Assembly: GCA_021737645.1 (NCBI GenBank)
Contig: JAIPDO010000011.1
Location: 18,985-82,984, forward strand
Direction: 5' to 3'
Length of the DNA: 64,000 nucleotides
Source of the DNA: Desulfarculaceae bacterium
GTDB lineage: Bacteria > Desulfobacterota > Desulfarculia > Desulfarculales > Desulfarculaceae
The notes under the pieces were generated by a model. The model was not told the origin of the DNA and searched no databases. It worked only from the letters and a program-made list of their open reading frames with translations. The translations under genes and the position numbers were made by a program. Below are positions 17,897-27,555 of this stretch, in pieces (position 1 is the first letter of the stretch; every line of letters starts with the position of its first letter).

Positions 17897-18925
17897 GTGA
17901 AGATTTCGCTGGGCCAGTTGGCCCTGCTCTTGGGCGGCAGCCTGGAAGGACCGGCCGAGCGTGAAGTGTCGGGGATCAAGGGGCTGGAAGACGCCGGTCC
18001 CGAGGACATGTCCTTTCTGGCCAACCCCAAGTACGCGCCTCTGCTTGAAAAATGCCAGGCAGGCGTGGTCTTGGTGGCCCGCGATCACAAGACCCCGGAG
18101 GGGCTGGCCGTCATTCGGGTGGACAACCCCTACCTGGCCTACGCCCAGGTTTTGACCAAGGCTGCGGCCAAACCCTACGAGCCTTTGGGGGTGCACCCCA
18201 AGGCGGTGGTGGAGCCGGACGCCCACTTGGGCGCGGATTGCTCCATTCACGCTCTGGCCTATGTGGGGGCCGGGGCCGAATTGGGCGATCGCGTGGTGGT
18301 GCATCCCGGCGCCTATTTGGGCCCTGGGGTCAAGGTGGGCTCGGACACGGTTATCCACGCCAACGCGGCGGTGTACCAAGACTGCGTCATCGGCAGCCGG
18401 TGCATACTCCACGGCGGCGTGATTATAGGAGCCGACGGCTACGGCTTTGTGTTCGACGGCGAGCGTCACTTCAAGATTCCCCAGGTCGGCATCGTGCATA
18501 TAGACGACGACGTGGAGCTGGGCGCGGGCACCACTATCGACCGCGCGGCCAACGGCCGCACCTGGATACAGCGCGGGGTAAAGACCGACGATCAGGTGCA
18601 CATCGCCCATGGTTGCGTTATCGGCGAGAACTGCCTGCTGGTGGCCCAAGTGGGCATCAGTGGCTCCAGCAAGCTGGGCAAGGGAGTGGTTCTTGGGGGC
18701 AAGGTCGGCGTGGCCGGGCACATCACCATCGGCGACGGGGCCATGGTGGGTGGCGGCTCGGGCATTGCCCAGTCGGTGGAGCCGGGAGCCATGGTCAGCG
18801 GCTACCCGGTGATGCCCCACCGCCTATGGCTTCGTACCAGGGGGTTGGTCAAGCGCCTGCCCGAGATTTTCAGCCGGGTTAAAAAACTGGAGGCGCGGCT
18901 GGATCATCGCGAGGAAGAGGAATAA
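17897..18925 (+). CDS. lpxD: UDP-3-O-acylglucosamine N-acyltransferase
   Basis: 342 aa with an N-terminal uridine-binding region, hexapeptide repeats and a C-terminal helix. Canonical position skp-lpxD-fabZ-lpxA. Confidence 0.9.
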   Translation: MKISLGQLALLLGGSLEGPAEREVSGIKGLEDAGPEDMSFLANPKYAPLLEKCQAGVVLVARDHKTPEGLAVIRVDNPYLAYAQVLTKAAAKPYEPLGVHPKAVVEPDAHLGADCSIHALAYVGAGAELGDRVVVHPGAYLGPGVKVGSDTVIHANAAVYQDCVIGSRCILHGGVIIGADGYGFVFDGERHFKIPQVGIVHIDDDVELGAGTTIDRAANGRTWIQRGVKTDDQVHIAHGCVIGENCLLVAQVGISGSSKLGKGVVLGGKVGVAGHITIGDGAMVGGGSGIAQSVEPGAMVSGYPVMPHRLWLRTRGLVKRLPEIFSRVKKLEARLDHREEEE

Positions 18926-18937
18926 AGGAGCGGTCAT

Positions 18938-19378
18938 ATGCCTGAAGGAGTACTTAACCTAACCGACATACTGGAGATCCTGCCCCACCGCTATCCCTTT
19001 CTTTTGGTGGACCGCGTTCTGGAACTCAAGGCGCCTGATTACGTAAAGGCCTTGAAGAACGTTACCTTTAACGAGGCGTTTTTCCAGGGGCACTTTCCTG
19101 GTAAGCCGGTGATGCCCGGCGTTCTGGTCATTGAGGCCATGGCCCAGACCGGAGGCATTTTGGCCTACCAATCCAATCCGACCGCAAAAGAGCGGTTGTT
19201 CTATTTTATGGGCATGGATAAGGTTAAGTTCCGTCGCCCGGTGCTGCCCGGCGACCAACTGATAATGGAGCTTACCGCCGTGCACCGCTCCACCCGGGCC
19301 TGGAAGATGATCGGCAAGGCCTTTGTGGACGATCAACTGGCGGTGCAGGCCGAGCTTACCGCGGCCTTGGTGCAATAA
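18938..19378 (+). CDS. fabZ: 3-hydroxyacyl-ACP dehydratase
   Basis: 146 aa; ILPHRYPFLLVDRV... and FFQGHFPGKPVMPGVL hot-dog motifs. Confidence 0.95.
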   Translation: MPEGVLNLTDILEILPHRYPFLLVDRVLELKAPDYVKALKNVTFNEAFFQGHFPGKPVMPGVLVIEAMAQTGGILAYQSNPTAKERLFYFMGMDKVKFRRPVLPGDQLIMELTAVHRSTRAWKMIGKAFVDDQLAVQAELTAALVQ

Positions 19379-19434
19379 GCCCCTGGCTGGGGCCGGCCCC
19401 AAGTTTTTCTCTGGGCGAGGAAAAAGGTTTTTCC

Positions 19435-20208
19435 ATGGAGATACATCCCACCGCGGTGGTTCACGAGAGCGCCCAACTGGCACCTGAAGTACAGGTAGGC
19501 GCCTACGCCCACATCGGGCCAGAGGTGTCCATAGGACCAGGCACCCGGGTGGACCACCACGCCAGCATTGAATGCCTCACCACCATTGGGGCGGATTGCC
19601 ATATCTGGCCTTTCGTATCCATCGGCACCGACCCCCAGGACCTTAAGTTTGGTGGTGAGCGCACCACCTTGCAGATAGGCGACCGGGTTCAGATCCGCGA
19701 GTTCGTAACCGTCAACCGGGGCACCGGCGAGGGCGGGGGCGTAACCAGGGTGGGCGACGAATGCCTCTTGATGGCCTACTCCCATGTGGCCCACGACTGC
19801 CAGTTGGGCCAACGGGTGATCATGGCCAACGCGGCCACCCTGGGCGGCCACGTGCACGTGGAGGACTTCGCCAACATCGGCGGCCTGGTGGCCATCCATC
19901 AGTTCACCCGCATCGGCACCCGCGCCTTTATCGGTGGCATGAGCGGCGTGGCCCAGGACCAGCCGCCCTACTGCCTATGCGAGGGCAACCGCTGCAAGCC
20001 CCACGGCATAAACGTCATCGGGCTCAGAAGGGCGGGGTTGGCCACCGAGACCATCGAGGCCCTCAAGTCCGCTTACCGGATTATCTTCCGCACCCACACC
20101 CCCATCAAAAAGGCCATGGAGCAAGTCCGCGCCGAAGTGCCCGGCGTGCCGGAGGTGGATCACCTGCTGGACTTCATTGCCTCCAGCGAACGGGGAGTCG
20201 CCCGCTAG
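19435..20208 (+). CDS. lpxA: acyl-ACP--UDP-N-acetylglucosamine O-acyltransferase
   Basis: 257 aa; starts MEIHPTAVV; hexapeptide repeats; C-terminal helical domain. Confidence 0.9.
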   Translation: MEIHPTAVVHESAQLAPEVQVGAYAHIGPEVSIGPGTRVDHHASIECLTTIGADCHIWPFVSIGTDPQDLKFGGERTTLQIGDRVQIREFVTVNRGTGEGGGVTRVGDECLLMAYSHVAHDCQLGQRVIMANAATLGGHVHVEDFANIGGLVAIHQFTRIGTRAFIGGMSGVAQDQPPYCLCEGNRCKPHGINVIGLRRAGLATETIEALKSAYRIIFRTHTPIKKAMEQVRAEVPGVPEVDHLLDFIASSERGVAR

Positions 20209-20218
20209 CGGAGGAAAT

Positions 20219-21028
20219 ATGGCACGGCGCACCATAGGTCTAATCGCCGGCAAGAGCCAGTTCCCTCTGCTGTTCGCCCGCTCCGCCCGGGCCCAGGGCT
20301 ACCGAGTGGTGGCCGTGGCCTTCAAGGGCGAAACCCTGCCCGCCCTGGAGCAAGAGGTGGACAGCCTCACCTGGGTGCAGCTTGGCCAGCTTGGCAAGCT
20401 CTTGAAAGCCTTCACGAGCCAGGAAGTGACCCAGGCGGCCATGTGCGGCGGGGTCACCAAGCCGCGCATGTTCGATCTGAAGCCTGACTTCAAGGCCCTG
20501 GGCCTGATCAAGAAGATCCGGCACATGGCCGATGACGGCATCCTGCGCACCTTTGCCGACTACCTGGGCGAGCAGGGCATAGAGATATTGCCCAGTCATG
20601 AGTTGGTTCCCGAGCTTTTGGCCAAGCCAGGCCTCTACACCAAGCGCAAGCCCACCGAACAGGAGCGCGAGGACATGGAGGTGGGCTGGCAGGTGGCGGC
20701 CGAACTGGGCAAACTGGACATCGGCCAGTGCGTGGTGGTGCGGGGCAGGGCGGTGGTGGCCGTGGAGGCCATGGAAGGCACCGACCAGTGCATCCGCCGG
20801 GCGGGCGAGTTGGCCGGCGGCCGGGACGCGGTGGTCGTCAAACGCTGCAAGCCGGGCCAGGACCGCCGCTTTGATCTGCCTTCGGTGGGGACCGACACCG
20901 TGGCGGTGATGGCCACGGCCGGGGCCTCCTGCCTCTTGGTGGAGGCGGAACGCACCCTGTTCTTCGATCTGGAGCAGGCCGTAAAACTGGCCGACGCCTC
21001 GGGCATCTGCATTCTGGGCCGTAGCTGA
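20219..21028 (+). CDS. lpxI: UDP-2,3-diacylglucosamine diphosphatase LpxI (DUF1009)
   Basis: IGLIAGKSQFP... N-terminus and GKLDIGQCVVVRGRAVVAVEAMEGTDQCIRRAG resemble LpxI. Located between lpxA and lpxB. Start at ATG 20219 with GGAGGA upstream. Confidence 0.8.
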   Translation: MARRTIGLIAGKSQFPLLFARSARAQGYRVVAVAFKGETLPALEQEVDSLTWVQLGQLGKLLKAFTSQEVTQAAMCGGVTKPRMFDLKPDFKALGLIKKIRHMADDGILRTFADYLGEQGIEILPSHELVPELLAKPGLYTKRKPTEQEREDMEVGWQVAAELGKLDIGQCVVVRGRAVVAVEAMEGTDQCIRRAGELAGGRDAVVVKRCKPGQDRRFDLPSVGTDTVAVMATAGASCLLVEAERTLFFDLEQAVKLADASGICILGRS

Positions 21029-21056
21029 ATCTCGACCTGATAAACAAGGAGGCCGC

Positions 21057-22064
21057 GTGAGCGCGCCGGTGAAAATAGCGGTGGTGGGAGTGGGCTACTT
21101 GGGCCGTTTCCACGCTGAAAAATTAGCTCGCCTGAAAACCGCCGAACTGGTGGGGGTGGTGGACGCCGACCCAGCCCAGGCCGAGTCGGTGGGCAAGGCG
21201 GTGGGCTGCCCCGCTTTTGGCGACCACCGTGAGCTATTGGGCAAGGTTGAGGCGGTGAGCGTGGTCACCCCCACGGTTGCTCACCACGCGGTGGCCAAGG
21301 ACTTTTTGTCCGCCGGGGCCGATGTGATGTGCGAAAAGCCCATGACCGCCACCCTGGAGGAGGCCGACGAACTCATCGCCCTGGCCCATGGCAATGGCCG
21401 CGTCTTGCAGGTGGGCCATTTGGAGCGCTTCAACCCGGCGGTGGAGGGCCTTTTCGAGCGGGCGGGCAAGCCCATGTTCATGGAGGTAAACCGCATCGCC
21501 CCCTTCAAGGCCCGGGCCACCGACGTGGACGTGACCCTGGACCTGATGATCCACGATCTGGACATAATCCTGGCCCTGGTGGGCACCGAGCCGGTGGAGA
21601 TCAGGGCCAAGGGGGTGCCGGTCCTGGGGCCTCACGCTGATCTGGTAAACGCCCGTCTGGAGTTCGCCGACGGCTGCGTGGCCAACGTAACCGCCAGCCG
21701 TCTGGCTCTCAAGGACGAGCGCAAGATGCGCATGTTTCAACCGGACGCCTATTTCTCCCTGGACTTCCGCAAGCGCAAACTTCTGGTGGTCAGCGGGGTG
21801 GAGTACCGGCCGGGCAAGCTCCCCAAGGTAAAGGCGGAGCGCCCCCGCTTCCCCAAGAGTGACCCCCTGGAAAAAGAACTCAGCGCCTTTTTGGATTCGG
21901 TTCGCACCCGCCAGACCCCCAGGGTGGACGGCCACGCCGGCCGCAGGGCCCTGGCCTGCGCCATGAGCGTGCGCGCCTGCGTGCAGGAGGGTCTGTGCAA
22001 CTATCAGGACGTTTTAGACGCCTCGCCCCGCTGGGTGGAAGCCCTCTCCGCCGAGGAAGACTAA
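21057..22064 (+). CDS. Gfo/Idh/MocA-family NAD(P)-dependent oxidoreductase (GnnA-like candidate)
   Basis: Rossmann start KIAVVGVGYLGRFHA and EKPMTATLEEADELI, the typical Gfo/Idh/MocA motif. Embedded between lpxI and lpxB. Confidence 0.75.
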   Translation: MSAPVKIAVVGVGYLGRFHAEKLARLKTAELVGVVDADPAQAESVGKAVGCPAFGDHRELLGKVEAVSVVTPTVAHHAVAKDFLSAGADVMCEKPMTATLEEADELIALAHGNGRVLQVGHLERFNPAVEGLFERAGKPMFMEVNRIAPFKARATDVDVTLDLMIHDLDIILALVGTEPVEIRAKGVPVLGPHADLVNARLEFADGCVANVTASRLALKDERKMRMFQPDAYFSLDFRKRKLLVVSGVEYRPGKLPKVKAERPRFPKSDPLEKELSAFLDSVRTRQTPRVDGHAGRRALACAMSVRACVQEGLCNYQDVLDASPRWVEALSAEED

Positions 22065-22065
22065 G

Positions 22066-23199
22066 GTGGCCGAGGGCCGGTCAGTGGTGCTGGTGGCCGG
22101 CGAGGCCAGCGGCGATCAGCACGGAGCCCGACTGGCCCGCGAACTGGCCGCTGTATCCCCTGACATCACCATCAGCGGCATAGGCGGCCCCAAGATGGAG
22201 GCCGCCGGGGTGGAGTTGCTCTACCGCTCCGAAGATCTGGCCCTGGTGGGGGTGGCCGAGGTGCTTCCCAAGCTGAGGGTCATTCTGGGGGCCATCCGGG
22301 GCATGAAGCGCCATATGAAGTCCACCAGGCCCGACGCGGTGATCCTGGTGGACTTCCCGGACTTCAATTTCCGCGTGGGCAAGGCGGCCAAAAAGCTGGG
22401 CCTCAAGGTGCTCTATTACATAAGCCCCCAGGTGTGGGCCTGGCGCCCCAAGCGGGCCCAGAAGATGGCTACTTTTGTGAACCACCTGGCCTGCGTGTTT
22501 CCCTTTGAGCCCGAGTTTTTCAAGAACCACGCCCCCCAACTACCGGTGAGCTTCGTTGGGCATCCCCTGCTGGATATCCCGCCTCAACAGTGGGACGAGC
22601 CTTTGCCGGTGCCCCAGGAGGCCGAGCTGGTGGGCCTGTTGCCCGGCAGCCGCATGTCCGAGATAAGCCGTTTGCTGCCCCTGCTGCTGGCCTCGGCCCG
22701 GTGCATGCAAAAACAGCGGCCCGGCCTGCATTTTGTCTTGCCCCTGGCTCCGGGCCTGCGCCGGGAGCAGGTGGAGCCTTATCTGAAAAACACCCCCAGG
22801 GGGCTGACCGTCCTGGCCGGGCGAGCCCGCCAGGTCATGGAACAGGCCAAGCTGCTCTTGGTGGCCTCTGGCACGGCCACTTTGCAAGCCGCACTGGCCG
22901 GGACCCCTGGGGTGGTGGTATACAAGACCGGAGGTTTCAACTATCTGGTGGCGCGCTCCCTGATAAAGGTGGAGTACATCGCCATGCCTAATTTAATCGC
23001 CGGCCGCGAACTCATGCCCGAACTGATTCAGGGCGAGGCCACTCCGGAAAAGGTGGCCGCGGAGGCCCTGTCCCTGCTGGACGACGACCAGCAACGGGGC
23101 CGGGTAATCCAGGGCCTAAACGAGGTCCGCGCCAAATTGGGCGGGCCGGGAGCCAGCCGCCGGGTGGCCGAGTTGGCCCTGGAAATAATGGAAGGATAA
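22066..23199 (+). CDS. lpxB: lipid-A-disaccharide synthase
   Basis: 377 aa; VVLVAGEASGDQHGARLAREL N-terminus and YYISPQVWAWRPKRA are typical of LpxB. Confidence 0.9.
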   Translation: MAEGRSVVLVAGEASGDQHGARLARELAAVSPDITISGIGGPKMEAAGVELLYRSEDLALVGVAEVLPKLRVILGAIRGMKRHMKSTRPDAVILVDFPDFNFRVGKAAKKLGLKVLYYISPQVWAWRPKRAQKMATFVNHLACVFPFEPEFFKNHAPQLPVSFVGHPLLDIPPQQWDEPLPVPQEAELVGLLPGSRMSEISRLLPLLLASARCMQKQRPGLHFVLPLAPGLRREQVEPYLKNTPRGLTVLAGRARQVMEQAKLLLVASGTATLQAALAGTPGVVVYKTGGFNYLVARSLIKVEYIAMPNLIAGRELMPELIQGEATPEKVAAEALSLLDDDQQRGRVIQGLNEVRAKLGGPGASRRVAELALEIMEG

Positions 23200-23204
23200 C
23201 CGGT

Positions 23205-25016
23205 TTGTCTGAGCGGGCCCAAAAACGCCAACGTGATATAGCGCACGCCAAACGCCTGCTGACCATGGTGCGCCCCTATTGGAAGCGCCTGGCCGGTGCC
23301 ATGGCCCTAATGGTCCTGGTGGGGGTCTCCACCTCGGCCATGGCCTATCTGGTCAAGCCGGTGATGGACAAGATCTTCGTGGCCAAGGACGCCGCGCTGC
23401 TCATGTTCATGCCCATCGGCATCGTGGTGCTTTACAGCGTCAAGGGGCTGGCCTCCTACGGGCAGACCTATCTGATGCAGTACGTGGGTCAGCGCATCGT
23501 CACCCAGTTTCGCATCGACCTGTACGCCCACTTGCAGCGCCTTAGCCTGAGCTACTACGACCGCACCCCCACCGGCGAGCTGATGAGCCGCATCACCAAC
23601 GACGTGAACCAGATGCAGGGCGCGGTGTCGAGCGTGGTCACCGGCGTGCTCAAGGACCTGTTCACCATCGTGGGCCTGGTGGCGGTGATCGTGTACCGGG
23701 ACTGGTTCCTGGCGGTCTTCGCCCTGGGAGTGTTTCCCCTGTGCATCATCCCTCTGGTCAAGTTCGGGCGGCGGCTGCGCAAAATATCCCACCGATCCCA
23801 GGAGACCATGGCCGACGTCACCGTGCTGTTGCACGAGACCATAGCCGGGGCCCGCATCGTCAAGGGCTTTTGCCGCGAGGACTACGAGACCCAGCGCTTT
23901 ACCGACGAGGCCTTCCGCCTGTTCCGCCTTCGCATGAAGGACATCTCCACCCGGGCCATGTCCAGCCCGCTAATGGAGTTCTTGGGCGGCTTGGGCATCG
24001 CGGGCATTCTGTTCTACGGCGGCTGGCAGGTGATCCACGGTGTGTCCACTCCAGGCACCTTCTTCTCTTTCCTTACCGCCTTGATTCTGCTCTACGAGCC
24101 GGTCAAGCGCCTGAGCAGCATGAACAACGACGTGCAAAACGGCTTGGCCGCCGCCGAGCGGGTCTACCGGGTCCTTGACGAGCCGGTGGAGATAGCCGAA
24201 AAATCCGGCGCGGTGGAGTTGGCCCCGCTGCAAAATGAGATTCGCTACGACAAAGTGAGCTTCGCCTACCGACCCGGCGAGCCGGTGCTGTCGGAGATAA
24301 ACCTCACCGTGCCCAAGGGCCAGGCGGTGGCCCTGGTGGGCACCAGCGGCGGGGGCAAGACCACCCTGGTCAACCTGTTGCCCCGGTTCTACGAGGTAAG
24401 CGGCGGAGCCATCAGCATCGATGGTACCGACATCCGCCAGGCCACCCTGGGCAGCCTGCGCGGCCAGATCGCCATCGTCACCCAGCAGACCATCTTGTTC
24501 AACGACACGGTGCGCAACAACATAGCCTATGGCCGCCCCGAGGCCACCGAGGAGGAGGTGCGCGCCGCTGCCGAGGCGGCCTACGCCACCAAGTTCATCG
24601 AGAATATGCCCCAGGGCCTGGACACCCTGATCGGCGAGAGCGGGGTGCTGCTCTCCGGCGGTGAGCGCCAGCGCCTGTCCATCGCCCGCGCATTGCTGGC
24701 CGACCGGCCAATACTTATTTTGGACGAGGCCACCAGCAGCTTGGACACCGAGAGCGAGATGTACGTGCAAAAGGCCCTGGAAAACCTTATGGCCGGACGC
24801 ACCACCTTTGTCATCGCCCACCGCCTTTCCACTGTGCAGCGGGCCGACCGCATTTTGGTGATCAGCGGGGGCCATATCGTGGAGGAGGGCCGCCACGACG
24901 AGCTGGTGGCCATGGGCGGGGTTTACACCCGTTTGCACCGCATGCAGTTCGCCATCGACCAAGGGCTGGAGGCCATTGCGCCCCAGGCCGGGCAACCGGC
25001 CGGGGAGGGGAGCTAG
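23205..25016 (+). CDS. msbA: lipid A export ATP-binding/permease protein (ABC exporter)
   Basis: 603 aa. Six-TM exporter domain plus an NBD with GTSGGGKTT, LSGGERQRLSIARA and ILILDEATSSLD. Sits in a lipid A context. The TTG start is tentative. Confidence 0.85.
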   Translation: MSERAQKRQRDIAHAKRLLTMVRPYWKRLAGAMALMVLVGVSTSAMAYLVKPVMDKIFVAKDAALLMFMPIGIVVLYSVKGLASYGQTYLMQYVGQRIVTQFRIDLYAHLQRLSLSYYDRTPTGELMSRITNDVNQMQGAVSSVVTGVLKDLFTIVGLVAVIVYRDWFLAVFALGVFPLCIIPLVKFGRRLRKISHRSQETMADVTVLLHETIAGARIVKGFCREDYETQRFTDEAFRLFRLRMKDISTRAMSSPLMEFLGGLGIAGILFYGGWQVIHGVSTPGTFFSFLTALILLYEPVKRLSSMNNDVQNGLAAAERVYRVLDEPVEIAEKSGAVELAPLQNEIRYDKVSFAYRPGEPVLSEINLTVPKGQAVALVGTSGGGKTTLVNLLPRFYEVSGGAISIDGTDIRQATLGSLRGQIAIVTQQTILFNDTVRNNIAYGRPEATEEEVRAAAEAAYATKFIENMPQGLDTLIGESGVLLSGGERQRLSIARALLADRPILILDEATSSLDTESEMYVQKALENLMAGRTTFVIAHRLSTVQRADRILVISGGHIVEEGRHDELVAMGGVYTRLHRMQFAIDQGLEAIAPQAGQPAGEGS

Positions 25017-25021
25017 GGCCC

Positions 25022-25660
25022 ATGCCCGCCAATTGGTTCGCCCAAGCCGATCCCGGCCTGCTGGCCCGCAGGGGGCTGGTGTTGGTGCTGGTGTTGGGAG
25101 CCATGGCCGGGGTGATGCTCCTGGGATGGGACCAATCCCTGCGTGTAGCCCTGGGCCATTTTGGGAAAACCGGCTTTGGCCACGCCTGGGGTATAAGCGC
25201 CTATTGGATGGGCCTGGGCGGGGTGCAGCTGGCCGGAGCGGTGGCGTTTATCGCCCTGGCCATCTGGGCGCGCAGTCTTCGCTGGCGCAGCATCGGTATC
25301 AGTTGCCTTTGGGCAGTGGCCGTATCCGGCATCATGGTGCAGGTAATCAAGCACCTGGTGGGGCGGGCGCGGCCCCGCACCGGCCTTGCGGCGGACACGC
25401 TGCTGGGCCTTACCATGAACAGCGACATGCACTCCTTCCCCTCGGGGCACACAGCCACCAGCTTTGCCCTGGCCGCCTGGCTCGCTACCCGCTACCCTGA
25501 ATATGGGGTGGTTTATTACGGGCTGGCCGTTTACATCTCCCTGGGCCGGATCATCAGCGGATCGCATTATGCCAGCGACGTACTGGGGGGCATGGCATTG
25601 GGGCTGATGGTGGGCTGGATAATGGATTTCAGGCGACGGGCCAAGGAGGTGCCGGCATGA
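25022..25660 (+). CDS. PAP2-family membrane phosphatase (LpxE/LpxF-like candidate)
   Basis: Acid-phosphatase motifs KHLVGRARP, SFPSGHTA and SGSHYASDVLGG. Polytopic. Immediately downstream of msbA. Confidence 0.75.
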   Translation: MPANWFAQADPGLLARRGLVLVLVLGAMAGVMLLGWDQSLRVALGHFGKTGFGHAWGISAYWMGLGGVQLAGAVAFIALAIWARSLRWRSIGISCLWAVAVSGIMVQVIKHLVGRARPRTGLAADTLLGLTMNSDMHSFPSGHTATSFALAAWLATRYPEYGVVYYGLAVYISLGRIISGSHYASDVLGGMALGLMVGWIMDFRRRAKEVPA

Positions 25661-27555
25661 AAGGCAAGGCGAACCTTACCGGGGCTTTGGCCCTGCTGTT
25701 GGTGTTGGCCGCAGCCGGGGCCTTGTTTTTGGCCGGGCTGGGGGACATCCCTCTCACCGACCGCGACGAGGGCGAATACGCCGCAGCAGTGGCGGCCATG
25801 CGCGCCACCGGCGATTGGGTGGTGCCCACCCTCAACGGCCACCTGTACCTGGAAAAGCCCATCCTGGTCTACTGGGCCATGGCTGGAAGCCAGGCCCTGG
25901 TGGGCGCGGGTGAGATCGGGGCGCGTTTGCCTTCGGCCCTGGCCGCATTTGCCATGGTGCTGGCCGTGGGGCTTATGGTCTGGCGCACCGGCAAACGGGC
26001 CTCCCTGGGAGCCCTGGCCGCCGCCGCCTTGGCATTTTGCCCCCTTTTCGTGCTGGTGGGGCGGGCCTGCCTTACCGACGCACTGCTCAGCCTGTGGACC
26101 ACCCTGGCCCTGATGGCGGTATTCATGGCTCTGGAAGGCGAGGGCCGCGCCGGGCGCGGTTGGTGGCTCATTGCCTGGGCCGCCCTGGGCCTGGGCTTTC
26201 TCACCAAGGGGCCGGTGTCCCTGGCCGTGGTGCTGCCCAGCGCGGGGCTCTACGCCCTTATCCAGGGCCGCTTATTTCACGCCCTGCGCAGCGCCCGTTG
26301 GCTGTGGGGCATCCTGATCTTTTTGGTGATCAACCTGCCCTGGTACGGCCTGGTGTGGTGGAAGCTGGGCGATCAGTTCATCGACGCCTTTTTCATTTCC
26401 CAGAACCTGCGCCGCTTTTCCGAGACCCTGCTGGGCCACGGGGGAGGGCTGGTCTACTATCTGCCGGTGCTGCTTTTTGGGGCCTTTCCCTTTGCCGCCG
26501 TGGCCCTGCCCGAGCTGGGCCGGGCGCTGTTCCAGAACCCACGGGCCCAACGGGACACCGACCCCCTGAGCCGGTTGCACCTGCTGGCCGCGGTGTCTTT
26601 CCTGGTGGTGCTGGTGGTGTTCACTCTGGCCGCCACCAAGCAGATCAACTACATCTTGCCCGCCTTGCCTTTCCTGGCCATGCTGGCCGCCTGCCAAATG
26701 AGCCGTTTGTACGAGGGCCGGGCCCATGGACGCCTGGCTTGGCCTGTGTTTTGGGTGGCCTTGTGGGTGTCCGGAGGCATTTTGGTGGTGGCCCTGGCGG
26801 CGGTACCGGCGGCCTTGCCATTTTTCTGGGACAAAATCCTGGCTTCCATCCGCTTCGACTCCAGCGAGTACGCTCTGCCCATGCGTGCCCCCATGATGGT
26901 TTGGTGGCCGCTTCTGGCCGCCCTGGCCGCCGGAGCAGGCATGTACCTGGCCTCATGGGCCGCTCGGCGTGAGCGTGGCCCCATGGTGCCCTGGTCTCTG
27001 GGGGTGGGGGCGGCTTTGCTGTGCGGGGTGTTGTTTTTGGGCCTGTTCCCCCAGGCCGCCGGAGTAATCCAGCAACCGGCCAAGGAACTGGCCCAGGAGG
27101 TGCGTCGCAGGGCCGGGGAGCAGGCCCAGGTGCTAACCTATGGCCTGTGGAAGCCCAGCCTGATCTATTACACCGGGCGCAACCTGCCCCGGCTCAAGGT
27201 GGAGCAGGGGGCTGAGCTGACCAAAGAGTTGTCCGCCGCCAACCCGGTGTACGTTTTTAGCCGGATGCACCTGGAGGACAAATTGACCCAGACGACGGGA
27301 TTTCGGGTCCTGGCCAACCGGGAGGGCTACCTCTTGGGCGGCAATCAGGCCGCCCTGTCCCAGTGGAAAGGCGAGGCCCCTCCGCCGGTGACGGCCAAGC
27401 CGCCCGTGCAGGCTGTCCCGCCTGTGCCGGCTGCCCCGCCGGTGCAGCCGGCCCCCAAGGCGCGGGAAGGCGACCAGCCGGACGCCAAGGTTCCAAACGA
27501 AAAGAATCCACCGGAAAAGGCCAACCCCGCGCCCAAAGCTAAGGAAACTTTGTGA
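25657..27555 (+). CDS. ArnT-like GT-C glycosyltransferase (GT83/PMT_2 family), paralogue 1, with a Pro-rich C-terminal tail
   Basis: PLTDRDEGEYAAAVAAMRATGDWVVPTLNGHLYLEKPILVYW is the ArnT-family N-terminal signature. Polytopic. The last ~61 aa are P/A/K-rich. Confidence 0.75.
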   Translation: MKGKANLTGALALLLVLAAAGALFLAGLGDIPLTDRDEGEYAAAVAAMRATGDWVVPTLNGHLYLEKPILVYWAMAGSQALVGAGEIGARLPSALAAFAMVLAVGLMVWRTGKRASLGALAAAALAFCPLFVLVGRACLTDALLSLWTTLALMAVFMALEGEGRAGRGWWLIAWAALGLGFLTKGPVSLAVVLPSAGLYALIQGRLFHALRSARWLWGILIFLVINLPWYGLVWWKLGDQFIDAFFISQNLRRFSETLLGHGGGLVYYLPVLLFGAFPFAAVALPELGRALFQNPRAQRDTDPLSRLHLLAAVSFLVVLVVFTLAATKQINYILPALPFLAMLAACQMSRLYEGRAHGRLAWPVFWVALWVSGGILVVALAAVPAALPFFWDKILASIRFDSSEYALPMRAPMMVWWPLLAALAAGAGMYLASWAARRERGPMVPWSLGVGAALLCGVLFLGLFPQAAGVIQQPAKELAQEVRRRAGEQAQVLTYGLWKPSLIYYTGRNLPRLKVEQGAELTKELSAANPVYVFSRMHLEDKLTQTTGFRVLANREGYLLGGNQAALSQWKGEAPPPVTAKPPVQAVPPVPAAPPVQPAPKAREGDQPDAKVPNEKNPPEKANPAPKAKETL

